The translations under genes and the position numbers were made by a program. Below the pieces are notes generated by a model. That model searched no databases, was not told where the DNA came from, and saw only the letters and a list, made by a program, of their open reading frames with translations. From assembly GCA_043822065.1 (NCBI GenBank), contig JBDRCC010000001.1, forward strand, positions 19,332 to 83,331: a stretch of 64,000 nucleotides of DNA, read 5' to 3'. Within the stretch, counting starts at the first letter, position 1. Every line of letters starts with the position of its first letter. Below are positions 9,416 through 18,173 of the stretch, one piece after another. This stretch comes from an archaeon. Its GTDB lineage: Archaea > Undinarchaeota > CAZHTU01 > JBDRCC01.

Positions 9416-10666
9416 TTATGCCGTTGGGTCTGCGACCTTTCCGATGAAAATGATGTTCCCGGTCTCTGTTTCCTGTATGATAAAGAGGAAGGGGTGGTCC
9501 GCGCGGAATATTTTAGGGGGCATGGGAAACCCCGTAAACTTCATTGCGACACCCGTTGCTGCTGCGACCTCGGTTCCCTCTTCGTTGACATCGATGTAAG
9601 CCTGGTGGAGCACTATGCCAATGTAAAGGTTCCGCGTGCCGTCCATCCCAGAAAAGTCTGCCTTGGCTGGCGAGAACGCCGTTGGCATTCCCATGGAGAT
9701 TAGGCTGTTTGTCAGGTCGTATTTGGTCTCAAAGGTGAACTTCGGGAGATAAACATCGACATCTTCGGCTTGCAGCTTGGCTCTCCACTCGCTTAGTTTC
9801 TCAAGGGACAGTGAATTTTCTAAGGCGGAAATATCCCCATCTTTTGGCAGGAGAACCAGCATGGAGAGCTGCTCTCCCACGTAGGGCATTTCAAGTATCT
9901 GGAGGTCATCCGTTTCTGTATATTTAAAGTTGGCTTCTTCCCCCGTCAGCTTCATCATTGGAACCTTGACAGTTTTGTAAGGGCTGACGCGGAAGTCTTC
10001 GTCCCTGGTGTCCGCCTTGTCAAACTGCTTGAGCCAGTCGCCCTTGAAGTAAACCGCATTTGTAAGCACGAAGCTTGTGTCTGGGGTTATTGTGCCCTCT
10101 GGAAACAGGTCTTTTATTTTGTTGTTAGTCTGACCTTCGACCCATGTGTTGATTGTGATGCGCGATTTCTCGGTTTCCCGGAGAAAGTCAACATTGGTTG
10201 CCTTCCCGCCATAGTATGATTCGACTGTGGTGAGGTACCCGTCCAGGAACTTGTAATCCTGCTGGGCCCAGAGGGCATTCGCAGTGTGGAGCTTGTACGC
10301 CTTGCCCTCTGCATTTAGCCGGTTGTAAAGGCTGGCGAAGGATGAGCGGCGGGCGGTGTCGTCTTCTGGAAAGTGGAATACGCCCAGCATCTCCTCTGCT
10401 GTCTCGCCGCGGGCGCCTTCGTATGCCATGGCTAACGCCGTGGAAATGCTCCAGGGGGAAATGAATAGGTTCTCGCCATCGGCTTTCAGTTCAGAATACG
10501 CGGCCAGGGCAAATTGCGTATTTGAGCCTATAAGCCCGCTGACCCCCTCCGGTGTTGCCTGGCTATCGTCTGCTGGTTGAGGGGAGGCTGGCGGCCTATC
10601 GCCGGTGCAGCCCATTGCAAGAACAAGGGCAAGCAGAAGCCATACGGGGAGGATTCCATTCTTCAT
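9416..10666 (-). CDS. Serpin (serine protease inhibitor), probable lipoprotein
   Basis: NLFISPWSI, LTNAVYFKGDW, hinge NEEGTEVAAAT, FRADHPFLFII; N-terminal LVLAMGC lipobox-like signal. Confidence 0.93.
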   Translation of the reverse strand: MKNGILPVWLLLALVLAMGCTGDRPPASPQPADDSQATPEGVSGLIGSNTQFALAAYSELKADGENLFISPWSISTALAMAYEGARGETAEEMLGVFHFPEDDTARRSSFASLYNRLNAEGKAYKLHTANALWAQQDYKFLDGYLTTVESYYGGKATNVDFLRETEKSRITINTWVEGQTNNKIKDLFPEGTITPDTSFVLTNAVYFKGDWLKQFDKADTRDEDFRVSPYKTVKVPMMKLTGEEANFKYTETDDLQILEMPYVGEQLSMLVLLPKDGDISALENSLSLEKLSEWRAKLQAEDVDVYLPKFTFETKYDLTNSLISMGMPTAFSPAKADFSGMDGTRNLYIGIVLHQAYIDVNEEGTEVAAATGVAMKFTGFPMPPKIFRADHPFLFIIQETETGNIIFIGKVADPTA

Positions 10667-10806
10667 TGTACCTAGTAGATAAGCGCGGCGTTATATAATT
10701 TTTTTGTTTTGCAGGGCGGCAGGGGAAAAGCTTAGCTAGGGGATGCGGGCTGGTTTCAGAGTTTAGAAACCAGCATATTTATTAATGACTCTGAGTATCC
10801 TAAATT

Positions 10807-11478
10807 ATGATAAAGCTAAAGGACTGGATAACCCTTGCAAACCTTGCGTTTGGGTTTGCCGCGATAATATTTATTCTAGAGGGGGACTACCAGACGGGCA
10901 CCAGGTTCATACTCCTCGCCGCGCTTGCGGACGGAAGCGACGGATTCATCTCAAGGAAGTTCTCAAAGCCTGACGACTACGGGCGTGAGCTTGACTCGCT
11001 ATGCGACTTAGTCTCATTCGGCGTCGCGCCGGCTCTTTTGATATACAAGTCGATTGTGGGCGGGTTCCTCGGGATATTCGTCGGGCTCGCGCTCCTTTCA
11101 GCAGCAGCCCTGCGGCTTGCGAGGTTCAACCTGGTTTCAGGAGGGGACCGCTCGCTTTTCATCGGTCTCCCGGTTCCGGCATCCGCGATACTTGTCGTGA
11201 CCTACTTCAATACTCACATAGTGCTTGAGAGGTACCTCATAACCGCGTTCCTGCTTTTCCTTGCCCTGCTTAACATAAGCGAGTTCAGGTACCCAAGCCA
11301 GAAGAGGGGCCTGAAGAAGCGGCAGGTTCTTGCGCTGGTCATAATTATCGGGTTCTTCCTGTACTATGTAAAGGAGGGGCTCATGTGGAACTTCCTGTTT
11401 GTGTCTGGCGTGATATACCTGATGGCGCCGCTGTATTACGGCATAAGAAAGTATATTCCGCCTAGGCTCCAGCTATAA
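10807..11478 (+). CDS. pssA: CDP-alcohol phosphatidyltransferase, archaetidylserine synthase (PssA type)
   Basis: ADGSDGFISR...GRELDSLCDLVSFGVAP, LRLARFN, FIGLPVP. Confidence 0.85.
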   Translation: MIKLKDWITLANLAFGFAAIIFILEGDYQTGTRFILLAALADGSDGFISRKFSKPDDYGRELDSLCDLVSFGVAPALLIYKSIVGGFLGIFVGLALLSAAALRLARFNLVSGGDRSLFIGLPVPASAILVVTYFNTHIVLERYLITAFLLFLALLNISEFRYPSQKRGLKKRQVLALVIIIGFFLYYVKEGLMWNFLFVSGVIYLMAPLYYGIRKYIPPRLQL

Positions 11479-12064
11479 CTGAGATTCCTGCCTTCAGCTT
11501 GTCCCCTTTGGAAACTTTTGGCTTAAGCCTTGGAGGGAGGGTGACATCGCACCGCGAGCCGAAGCGTATCATGCCGAAGCGCTGGCCTTGCGAGAGCGTA
11601 TCGTTTTCTGAAACCCAGGTGACAATCCGCCTTGCAAGGATTCCGGCAAAGCGCTCGATTTTTAGGTTCCCTGATTTTGTTTTGAGGGTTATTGCCTCCC
11701 TCTCGTTTTCTGAGGATTTTTTCGAGAATGCCGGGGCAAATGTACCTCTCTGGTAGGATATCTTGAGGACCTTTCCATCACAGGGCATGCGGCTTATGTG
11801 GACGTTGAACGGCGACAAGAAGACGGATATCCTGTTCTTTGAAACAGAAACGACAGTTCCGTCCGTCGGCGAGAGCAAGCCAGGGATTTTTTTAATCCTG
11901 CGCTCAGGGTCGCGGAAAAAGTAGATTGTAAAACAGAGGAACGCGAAAGAAAGCCAGAATATGTACCTTGAAATGGCTGTTTGGAATGCGTAATACGCTA
12001 AGCCTATGGAGGCAGTTAGCGCAAGGACTGGGATGATGATTACGGAGGAGCCCCTCGCGAGCAT
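11462..12064 (-). CDS. psd: Phosphatidylserine/archaetidylserine decarboxylase
   Basis: FFRDPER, SPTDG, FLSPFNVH, NER, RFGSR self-cleavage motif. Confidence 0.9.
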   Translation of the reverse strand: MLARGSSVIIIPVLALTASIGLAYYAFQTAISRYIFWLSFAFLCFTIYFFRDPERRIKKIPGLLSPTDGTVVSVSKNRISVFLSPFNVHISRMPCDGKVLKISYQRGTFAPAFSKKSSENEREAITLKTKSGNLKIERFAGILARRIVTWVSENDTLSQGQRFGMIRFGSRCDVTLPPRLKPKVSKGDKLKAGISVIAGA

Positions 12065-12579
12065 CAGTATGGAACCTCCTTGAGCTTGGCAAGGTACGCG
12101 AGTATGTTGAAGCTCCTGTGGATGAGGGGGGTTACAAGGATTAGGAAAGCGGCCTGCACCGGGTTCACATGTATCCGGATGCTTACAAAGAGAAGTGCGA
12201 ATATTATAAACATAATCTGGTCAAGGATACTCGCATTTGCGCCTGACGTGAAGCCGAGCCGCCTTTTGATGAAGCTGCCGAAGATATCACCAAATATCGT
12301 TCCAGACGCGAGCAGGAAGGCTGAGCCGGCTGTAAGCTGGCTTGCGAGAGGATATGCTGCGAGGAACGGCGCCGATAGGAAGTATGCGGCAGTGCCGCAG
12401 AGTATTCCAAGGACTGTGCCGCGGATGGTCTTTCCCTTTCCAAGTATAGGCCTGCCGTCGCGGAATTTTTTCCCGAAGTCGAGCGGCCTGCCTCCGCCAA
12501 AAAGGACGGGGGAGGCGTTAGCAACGTAGGCAGGGATGATAAACAGGAATGCGTCAACGAGCATGGCTTGGCTAAGCAA
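12064..12579 (-). CDS. carS: CDP-archaeol synthase
   Basis: PAYVANASPVLFGGGRPLDFG...DGRPILGKGKT, GDIFGSFIKRRLG, LDQ, KLKEVPY. Confidence 0.9.
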   Translation of the reverse strand: MLSQAMLVDAFLFIIPAYVANASPVLFGGGRPLDFGKKFRDGRPILGKGKTIRGTVLGILCGTAAYFLSAPFLAAYPLASQLTAGSAFLLASGTIFGDIFGSFIKRRLGFTSGANASILDQIMFIIFALLFVSIRIHVNPVQAAFLILVTPLIHRSFNILAYLAKLKEVPY

Positions 12580-12634
12580 ATTATTGATTTAAAGGTTTGG
12601 GTAAATATTTAATAAGGCTGGGTTTAGTCGTATT

Positions 12635-13336
12635 ATGCCCCTAAACGACTACAGGAAGCAGGCGGACGTGGTTCTCATGCCGCTTGCAAGGCGATGGATC
12701 GACATAAGCCCCAACAAATTCAGCGCCATGTCGATGTTCTGCGCAGTCCTCGCCGGGCTGTGCTTTTACCTTGGCGGGTGGCTGCTTGTTGGCGCGGCTG
12801 TTTTTGTTTTCCTAAACGCGCTGTTTGACGCCGTTGACGGGAAGATAGCAAGGCTGACAAAGAACACGACCCAGAGGGGGGACTTTTTGGACCATATAAT
12901 CGACAGGTATTCTGACATCGTCATCCTGCTTGGGATAATGTACTCTGCCTACGGGCACGTGGGGCTCGGAGTGTTCGCGATAATAGGCACCGTAATGACA
13001 AGCTACATAGGCACCCAGGCTGAGGCGAGCGGCGGAAAGCGCGAACGGGGAGGCCTGCTAGGGAGGGCGGACCGGATTGTGATAGTAATGTTCCTGCCGC
13101 TGGTGCAGGGAGCCATGCTGATGTACGGTACGCTGGTGCAGGGATTCATGCTGATGTACGGTACGCTGGTGCCGGGATTCATGCTGATGTACGGCATTGG
13201 GCAATTTTACGGGCTTTACCTGACCGGCTGGGTCCTGCTGCTTCTTGCATTAACAGGAAACTACACTGCGTTCAGGAGGTTCCAGCTGACCTGGTCGCGG
13301 ATTGGCGGGAAGAAGTATAGGGGGGAAAAACTGTGA
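12635..13336 (+). CDS. CDP-alcohol phosphatidyltransferase (archaetidylinositol-phosphate/PgsA type)
   Basis: SPN, DAVDGKIAR...GDFLDHIIDRYSD, SYIGTQAE, GLLGRADR. Confidence 0.88.
   Translation: MPLNDYRKQADVVLMPLARRWIDISPNKFSAMSMFCAVLAGLCFYLGGWLLVGAAVFVFLNALFDAVDGKIARLTKNTTQRGDFLDHIIDRYSDIVILLGIMYSAYGHVGLGVFAIIGTVMTSYIGTQAEASGGKRERGGLLGRADRIVIVMFLPLVQGAMLMYGTLVQGFMLMYGTLVPGFMLMYGIGQFYGLYLTGWVLLLLALTGNYTAFRRFQLTWSRIGGKKYRGEKL
13098..13196 (+). repeat. 33-bp in-frame tandem repeat x3
   Basis: CGCTGGTGCAGGGA(GC/TT)CATGCTGATGTACGGTA-type units at 13098, 13131 and 13164, encoding LV(Q/P)G(A/F)MLMYG(T/I). Confidence 0.9.
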
Positions 13337-13764
13337 ACGTTGAAGAGGTAATGACCAAGGACGTCGTCGTCATAACAAAGGGCGCCAGTGTGAAAGACGC
13401 AATAGACTCGATTGTCCAGTTCCACGTCGGCTGCGTGCTTGTCATTGAGAACAGCACCGCAATCGGCATAGTGACCGAGCGGGACGTCCTCAAGAAGGTC
13501 ATCTCGCCAGGGAAGGACCCCAACCTCCTAAAGGTGGAGGACATAATGTCCACGCCACTGGTCACGGTTGAGCCAGACAGCAGCATAGAAGCGGCAGGGG
13601 CACTGATGGTCGAGAACAATATCAAGAAGCTGCCCGTAGTAAGAGATGGGGAGCTGGTAGGCATACTGACTGCGACGGACATCGTAGCTAACGAGCCGCG
13701 ACATGTCATTGAGCTTTCCGAGCTGATGCTGAAAAGCGGCGTTGAAGCAGGCGTTGGTGGCTAA
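13333..13764 (+). CDS. CBS-domain pair protein
   Basis: VEEVMTKDVV...GIVTERDV / VEDIMSTPLVTV...LPVV...GILTATDI. Confidence 0.92.
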   Translation: MNVEEVMTKDVVVITKGASVKDAIDSIVQFHVGCVLVIENSTAIGIVTERDVLKKVISPGKDPNLLKVEDIMSTPLVTVEPDSSIEAAGALMVENNIKKLPVVRDGELVGILTATDIVANEPRHVIELSELMLKSGVEAGVGG

Positions 13765-14729
13765 TGGGAACCCTAAAACTGAAGGCGACAATGCTTTTGA
13801 CGTTTTTTCTGGTATTTGGCGTCCTATTTGCGTTCCTGTCTATTGTTTCGCTTTACTTCGGCTTTGGCGCATACGGGGCGCTTTTCATAAGCCTATTTTT
13901 TGTCACGGCGCAATGGTATTTCAGCCCCAAGCTGATAAGATGGTCCACCAAGATGCAGCCGCTCCAAAAGGGCGAGAACGCCTTTCTTGAGAACGCTGTC
14001 GAAGACCTTGCCAGGGAGGCTGGAATCCCGGCGCCGCAGATTGCAATAGTCCCGGACCCGACGCCAAACGCGTTTGTCTTCGGAAGGACTGTGAAGAGCT
14101 CCATGCTGGCAGTCCACCAGGGGCTTTTGAACACGCTCAGCAAGGATGAGGTCAAGGCAGTGCTCGCCCACGAGATAGGGCACCTGAAGCACAGGGACTG
14201 CCAGCTGATGACTGTTGTCTCTGCCATTCCGCTGGTGGCATACATGATGTGGAGGAGCACGTTCTTCACCAGGCGGCGGAGCAAGGGGGGCGGAGCAATG
14301 ATTGCGGTGGGGATAGCCTCGCTCCTGGTTTATTTCCTTTCACAGCTTCTTGTCCTTTCCCTGAGCCGGCTTAGGGAGTATTATGCCGACGCATATTCGG
14401 CGAAGGCGACGGGAAAGCCGTCCGACCTCGGAAGCGCACTTACCAAGATAAGCCTCGGGCTTTCAAGGGCGGAGAAGACCGGGAACTTGAGGGCTTTTTA
14501 CATAGGGGACCCGATAACCGCAAGGCGGGAAATATCTGCCGTGGCAAACCGCTCAAGCCAGTATGATGTGAACGGGGACGGAGTCCTGGACGACGCGGAG
14601 CTCCAGCGCGCCCTGAAGGAGGAGTCTGCGAGCAGGGGCGCAAGGCTGCTTGAGCTTTTCTCGACCCATCCAAGGGTATTCAGGCGCCTGGACGCGCTTA
14701 AAAAAATAGAAGGGGAGTTAGCCGCTTAG
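13764..14729 (+). CDS. htpX: Membrane zinc metalloprotease HtpX (M48)
   Basis: PNAFVFG, AHEIGH, SRLREYYAD, FSTHP. Confidence 0.92.
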   Translation: MGTLKLKATMLLTFFLVFGVLFAFLSIVSLYFGFGAYGALFISLFFVTAQWYFSPKLIRWSTKMQPLQKGENAFLENAVEDLAREAGIPAPQIAIVPDPTPNAFVFGRTVKSSMLAVHQGLLNTLSKDEVKAVLAHEIGHLKHRDCQLMTVVSAIPLVAYMMWRSTFFTRRRSKGGGAMIAVGIASLLVYFLSQLLVLSLSRLREYYADAYSAKATGKPSDLGSALTKISLGLSRAEKTGNLRAFYIGDPITARREISAVANRSSQYDVNGDGVLDDAELQRALKEESASRGARLLELFSTHPRVFRRLDALKKIEGELAA

Positions 14730-14746
14730 GCTAACCCGCTATTTTC

Positions 14747-16087
14747 TTATTTCAGGTGTTTCTCAACAAACTCGTCGAGGACCTGCTCGATTGAGGGGTT
14801 GCTTATTGACGTAATGTCATAGGATACCCTGACAATCGGCTTGTTGCACTTCACGAGCTTGGCGAGGTCAATTGGGCTCCCGTCGACAACGACGTCGCAT
14901 TTGGCGGCGTTTATTGTTGTCTCCAGGTCCTTGAGCTGCTCCTCATTGTACCCCATTGCCGGGACGATTTCTTTCAGTTGGGGGAACTCCTCGAAGATTG
15001 CCTTCATCGTCCCAACCAAATAGGGCGTTGGGTCGATGATTTGAGCCCCGCCTTCCTTGGCGGCGACATAGCCCGCGCCGAAGCTCATCCCGCCGTGGGT
15101 GAGGGTTGGGCCGTCTTCCACGACGAGAACCTTCTTTCCTTTGATGCTTTGGGGGTCTTCGACGCTCACTGTGGAATTCGTCCGTATTATCTTCGCTTGC
15201 GGGTTTATCCTCTTGATGTTCCTTTCGACGGTTTTCACGTCCTCCGGCTTGGCGTTGTTCATCTTGTTGATGATTACTGCGTCTGCGACGCGCACGTTCA
15301 CTTCACCGGGGTGGTACTTGATCTCATGGCCGGGCCTGAGCGGGTCTGCGACCACGAATTCCAGGTCAGGCACGTAGAAAGAAACCTCGTTGTTTCCGCC
15401 GTCGAACACTATCACGTCAGCCTCTTTTTCTGCCTGGCGGACGATTTTCTCATAGTCGACGCCTGAGTAGATTACAAGGCCCTGTTCGATGTAGGGCTCG
15501 TACTCTTCCCGCTCCTCGATGGTGCAGTGGTTCTTTTCGAGGTCTGCGTATTCTGCAAACCTCATGACTTCCTGCTCGACGAGGTCTGCATAGGGCATCG
15601 GCTCCCGAATTGCTACGACCTTGAACCCTTTGCCCTTGAGGTAGCGGTAAACCGCCCTGGAGACCTGGCTCTTTCCGCAGCCGGTCCTGACAGCGGTAAC
15701 CGCGACTACCGGCTTGGTTGACTTAACCATTGTGTTATTCCTGCTGATTAGGCGGTAATTTGCTCCGGCGGCGAGTGCTATTGAGCCCTTGTGAACGACT
15801 TCCTCGTGGGAAACGTCGGAGTATGCTAAAATGACTTCGTCAATTTTGTTTTTCTTGACAAATTCGCTGAGCTTTGCCTCCGGAATCATCGGGATGCCGT
15901 TCGGGTAAAGCTTCCCTGCCAGCGCGGGCGGGTATTTCCGCTCGGCTTCCTCAATCGTTCCGACGTTCTGTTCGCCCGCAACGGTGAAGGCTTTCACGTC
16001 GTAGTCCTCATTGTCCCTGAAAACGGTGTTGAAGGTGTGGAAGTCCATACCCAGTGCACCGATAATAACAACACTAGTCTTTTTCAA
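14747..16087 (-). CDS. COG2403/cDPG-synthetase-like P-loop protein, probable arginine synthetase ArcE
   Basis: DFHTFN, YPPALAGKLYPNGIP, AVRTGCGKS, TIEEREEYEP, DGGNN, VEDGPTLTHGGM, PAMGY; co-oriented downstream of carbamate kinase and next to OTCase. Confidence 0.75.
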   Translation of the reverse strand: MKKTSVVIIGALGMDFHTFNTVFRDNEDYDVKAFTVAGEQNVGTIEEAERKYPPALAGKLYPNGIPMIPEAKLSEFVKKNKIDEVILAYSDVSHEEVVHKGSIALAAGANYRLISRNNTMVKSTKPVVAVTAVRTGCGKSQVSRAVYRYLKGKGFKVVAIREPMPYADLVEQEVMRFAEYADLEKNHCTIEEREEYEPYIEQGLVIYSGVDYEKIVRQAEKEADVIVFDGGNNEVSFYVPDLEFVVADPLRPGHEIKYHPGEVNVRVADAVIINKMNNAKPEDVKTVERNIKRINPQAKIIRTNSTVSVEDPQSIKGKKVLVVEDGPTLTHGGMSFGAGYVAAKEGGAQIIDPTPYLVGTMKAIFEEFPQLKEIVPAMGYNEEQLKDLETTINAAKCDVVVDGSPIDLAKLVKCNKPIVRVSYDITSISNPSIEQVLDEFVEKHLK

Positions 16088-16137
16088 TTTGAAACCCCCT
16101 TACATTTCATAACTAGAATATAGGGATATGGCTGATG

Positions 16138-17070
16138 TTATTTAAACTTTTCCTTGAAAATCTGAGTTCCAGCGCTTCCGGAGACTGCAGCCTCGAGGTT
16201 GTCTATCGAGGTGATGACCGCACGCTTGCCGCCTGACTCGAGGAATTCTATCGCCGCCTCCACCTTTGGGCCCATGCTCCCTGGGGGGAAGTGCCCCGCA
16301 GCAAGGTATTTTTTCGCCTCTGCGGCGGTCAGGCTGTTCAGCTCGACCTCGGTAGGCTTCCCGTAGTTGAGCGACACCTTGTCGACGTCGGTCAGGAGAA
16401 TCATTGCGTCCGCCTTTATCTCCTGCGCAAGCTTTGAGGTCGCAAGGTCCTTGTCAATGACTGCCTCCACCCCGCGAATTTTCTCGCCGCGCTCAATCAT
16501 CGGTATCCCTCCGCCGCCGCAGGCAATGACAATTATGCCCATGCGGACGAGCCGCCTTATCTCCTCGCGCTCTAATATCCTCAGGGGCTTTGGCGAAGGG
16601 ACGACGCGCCGGTAGCCCTTGCCGTGGATTGGTATCGTCTGGAAGGGAAGCTTTTCGGCCTCCCCTTTGGAGTAGTACGGCCCTATCGGCTTTGTCGGGT
16701 TCTTGAAGGCGGGGTCGTTTTCGTCGACGACGACGCCGGTGACTATCGTGGCAATCAGCTTGTCGACTTTCAGCTTGCGGAACTCGTTTTCGAGCGCACG
16801 CTCTATGAGATAGCCGAGCAGGCCCTGGCTTTCCGCGACGAGGACTTCAAGCGGCATTTTCGGGACGGCGTGGGCCGCCTCCTGCTGGAGGAGGAGGTAG
16901 CCAATCTGCGGGCCGTTGCCGTGAGTGAGCGCAATGTTGTACTTGGCGGCTAAGTGCGCTATCTGGCGGCATGGCTCCGAGAGGTTCTTCCTCTGCTCGT
17001 CAAACGTGCCCTTCTGTCCGTGCTTTATCAGGGCATTTCCGCCGAGCGCGATAACAATAGTTTCACCCAT
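16138..17070 (-). CDS. arcC: Carbamate kinase
   Basis: IALGGNAL, THGNGPQIG, PTKPIGP, RRVVPSP, GGGGIP, EAVIDKD, GSMGPKV; start at ATG 17070. Confidence 0.95.
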   Translation of the reverse strand: MGETIVIALGGNALIKHGQKGTFDEQRKNLSEPCRQIAHLAAKYNIALTHGNGPQIGYLLLQQEAAHAVPKMPLEVLVAESQGLLGYLIERALENEFRKLKVDKLIATIVTGVVVDENDPAFKNPTKPIGPYYSKGEAEKLPFQTIPIHGKGYRRVVPSPKPLRILEREEIRRLVRMGIIVIACGGGGIPMIERGEKIRGVEAVIDKDLATSKLAQEIKADAMILLTDVDKVSLNYGKPTEVELNSLTAAEAKKYLAAGHFPPGSMGPKVEAAIEFLESGGKRAVITSIDNLEAAVSGSAGTQIFKEKFK

Positions 17071-17109
17071 GGGAAAATATAAAGCTTCGTTCTTTATTAA
17101 CCATGCGAA

Positions 17110-18024
17110 ATGGTGCGGCATTTACTTTCTATAAACGACATGACCAAAGAGAGGGTAGAGAAGATACTCGACAAAGCCTCCGAGCTTAAGGCTGGACGGA
17201 AGAGACTTGCAGGCAGGGACGCGCTGCCCGGGAAAAACCTGGCGATGATTTTCGAGCGGGCTTCGACCAGGACGAGAATAAGCTTTGACCTGGCGATAAC
17301 CGAGCTCGGCGGGCATGCGATGGAATTGAGCCCGAGCACCCTGGCGATGAGCAAGGGGGAGAGCCTCGAGGACACTGCGCATGTCATGGAGCGGTTCTAC
17401 GACGCGATAATGATACGGACCTACAGCCACGAGACGCTGAAGAGGTGGGCGTCGGTCGCAAAAATCCCGATAATAAACGGGCTTGACGACGTCGAGCACC
17501 CATGCCAGGCGATATGCGACATGCTCACCGTAAGGGAGCACTTTGGCAAGCTGAAGGGGCTGAACTTCGTCTTCGTTGGGGACTGCGACCAGAACATGGC
17601 AACTTCTCTGGCGCTCATTTGCGGCATGATGGGCCTGAACTTCACCGCCGCATGCCCGAAGGAATACCAGACCAAGGGCTGGGTCCAGAAGCAGATAAAG
17701 GGCAAGATAAACTTCAGAATCGAGCACGACCTCAAGAAGGCGGCAAAGGATGCAGATGTGATATACACTGACATCTGGGTGAACCCAGGCTTCGAGAAGG
17801 AGAAGGAAGCGAGGCTGAAAATCCTGAGACCGTACCAGGTGAACGAGGAAGTGGCGAAAAGCGCTCCGGACGACTACGTTTTCATGCACTGCCTGCCAGC
17901 CAACAGGGGGCAGGAGGTCACGGACGAGGTAATCGACAGCAAGAACTCGATAGTCTTCGAGCAGGCTGAAAACAGATTGCACGGGCAGAAGGGCATATTG
18001 ATTGATTTGATTACGGGGCTATAG
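17110..18024 (+). CDS. argF: Ornithine carbamoyltransferase
   Basis: STRTRISF, HPCQ, YTDIW, MHCLP, QAENR. Confidence 0.93.
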   Translation: MVRHLLSINDMTKERVEKILDKASELKAGRKRLAGRDALPGKNLAMIFERASTRTRISFDLAITELGGHAMELSPSTLAMSKGESLEDTAHVMERFYDAIMIRTYSHETLKRWASVAKIPIINGLDDVEHPCQAICDMLTVREHFGKLKGLNFVFVGDCDQNMATSLALICGMMGLNFTAACPKEYQTKGWVQKQIKGKINFRIEHDLKKAAKDADVIYTDIWVNPGFEKEKEARLKILRPYQVNEEVAKSAPDDYVFMHCLPANRGQEVTDEVIDSKNSIVFEQAENRLHGQKGILIDLITGL

Positions 18025-18063
18025 AGAAAAGTTTTAAACTGCAGAATTGATTAGTCGGTTTAG

Positions 18064-18173
18064 GCTCCGGTAGCCTAGTTTGGATAAGGCGTCAACGGAA
18101 ATTGGAAAAACCCAAATCCGGCGCAAGCCTTCTAAGCTGAAGACCGCGGGTTCAAATCCCGCCCGGAGCGCCA
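18064..18173 (+). tRNA. tRNA-Arg(TCT) with 32-nt intron (18095-18126) at position 29/30
   Basis: Acceptor GCTCCGG/CCGGAGC plus GCCA. Removing 18095-18126 gives anticodon arm TCAGC-CTTCTAA-GCTGA; a bulge-helix-bulge motif forms at the junctions. Confidence 0.9.

Noticed and set aside
14747-16087. Annotation as cyclic 2,3-diphosphoglycerate synthetase
   Set aside because: Context with carbamate kinase and OTCase favours ArcE; the 2-PG kinase homolog is over 30 kb away. Not fully excluded.
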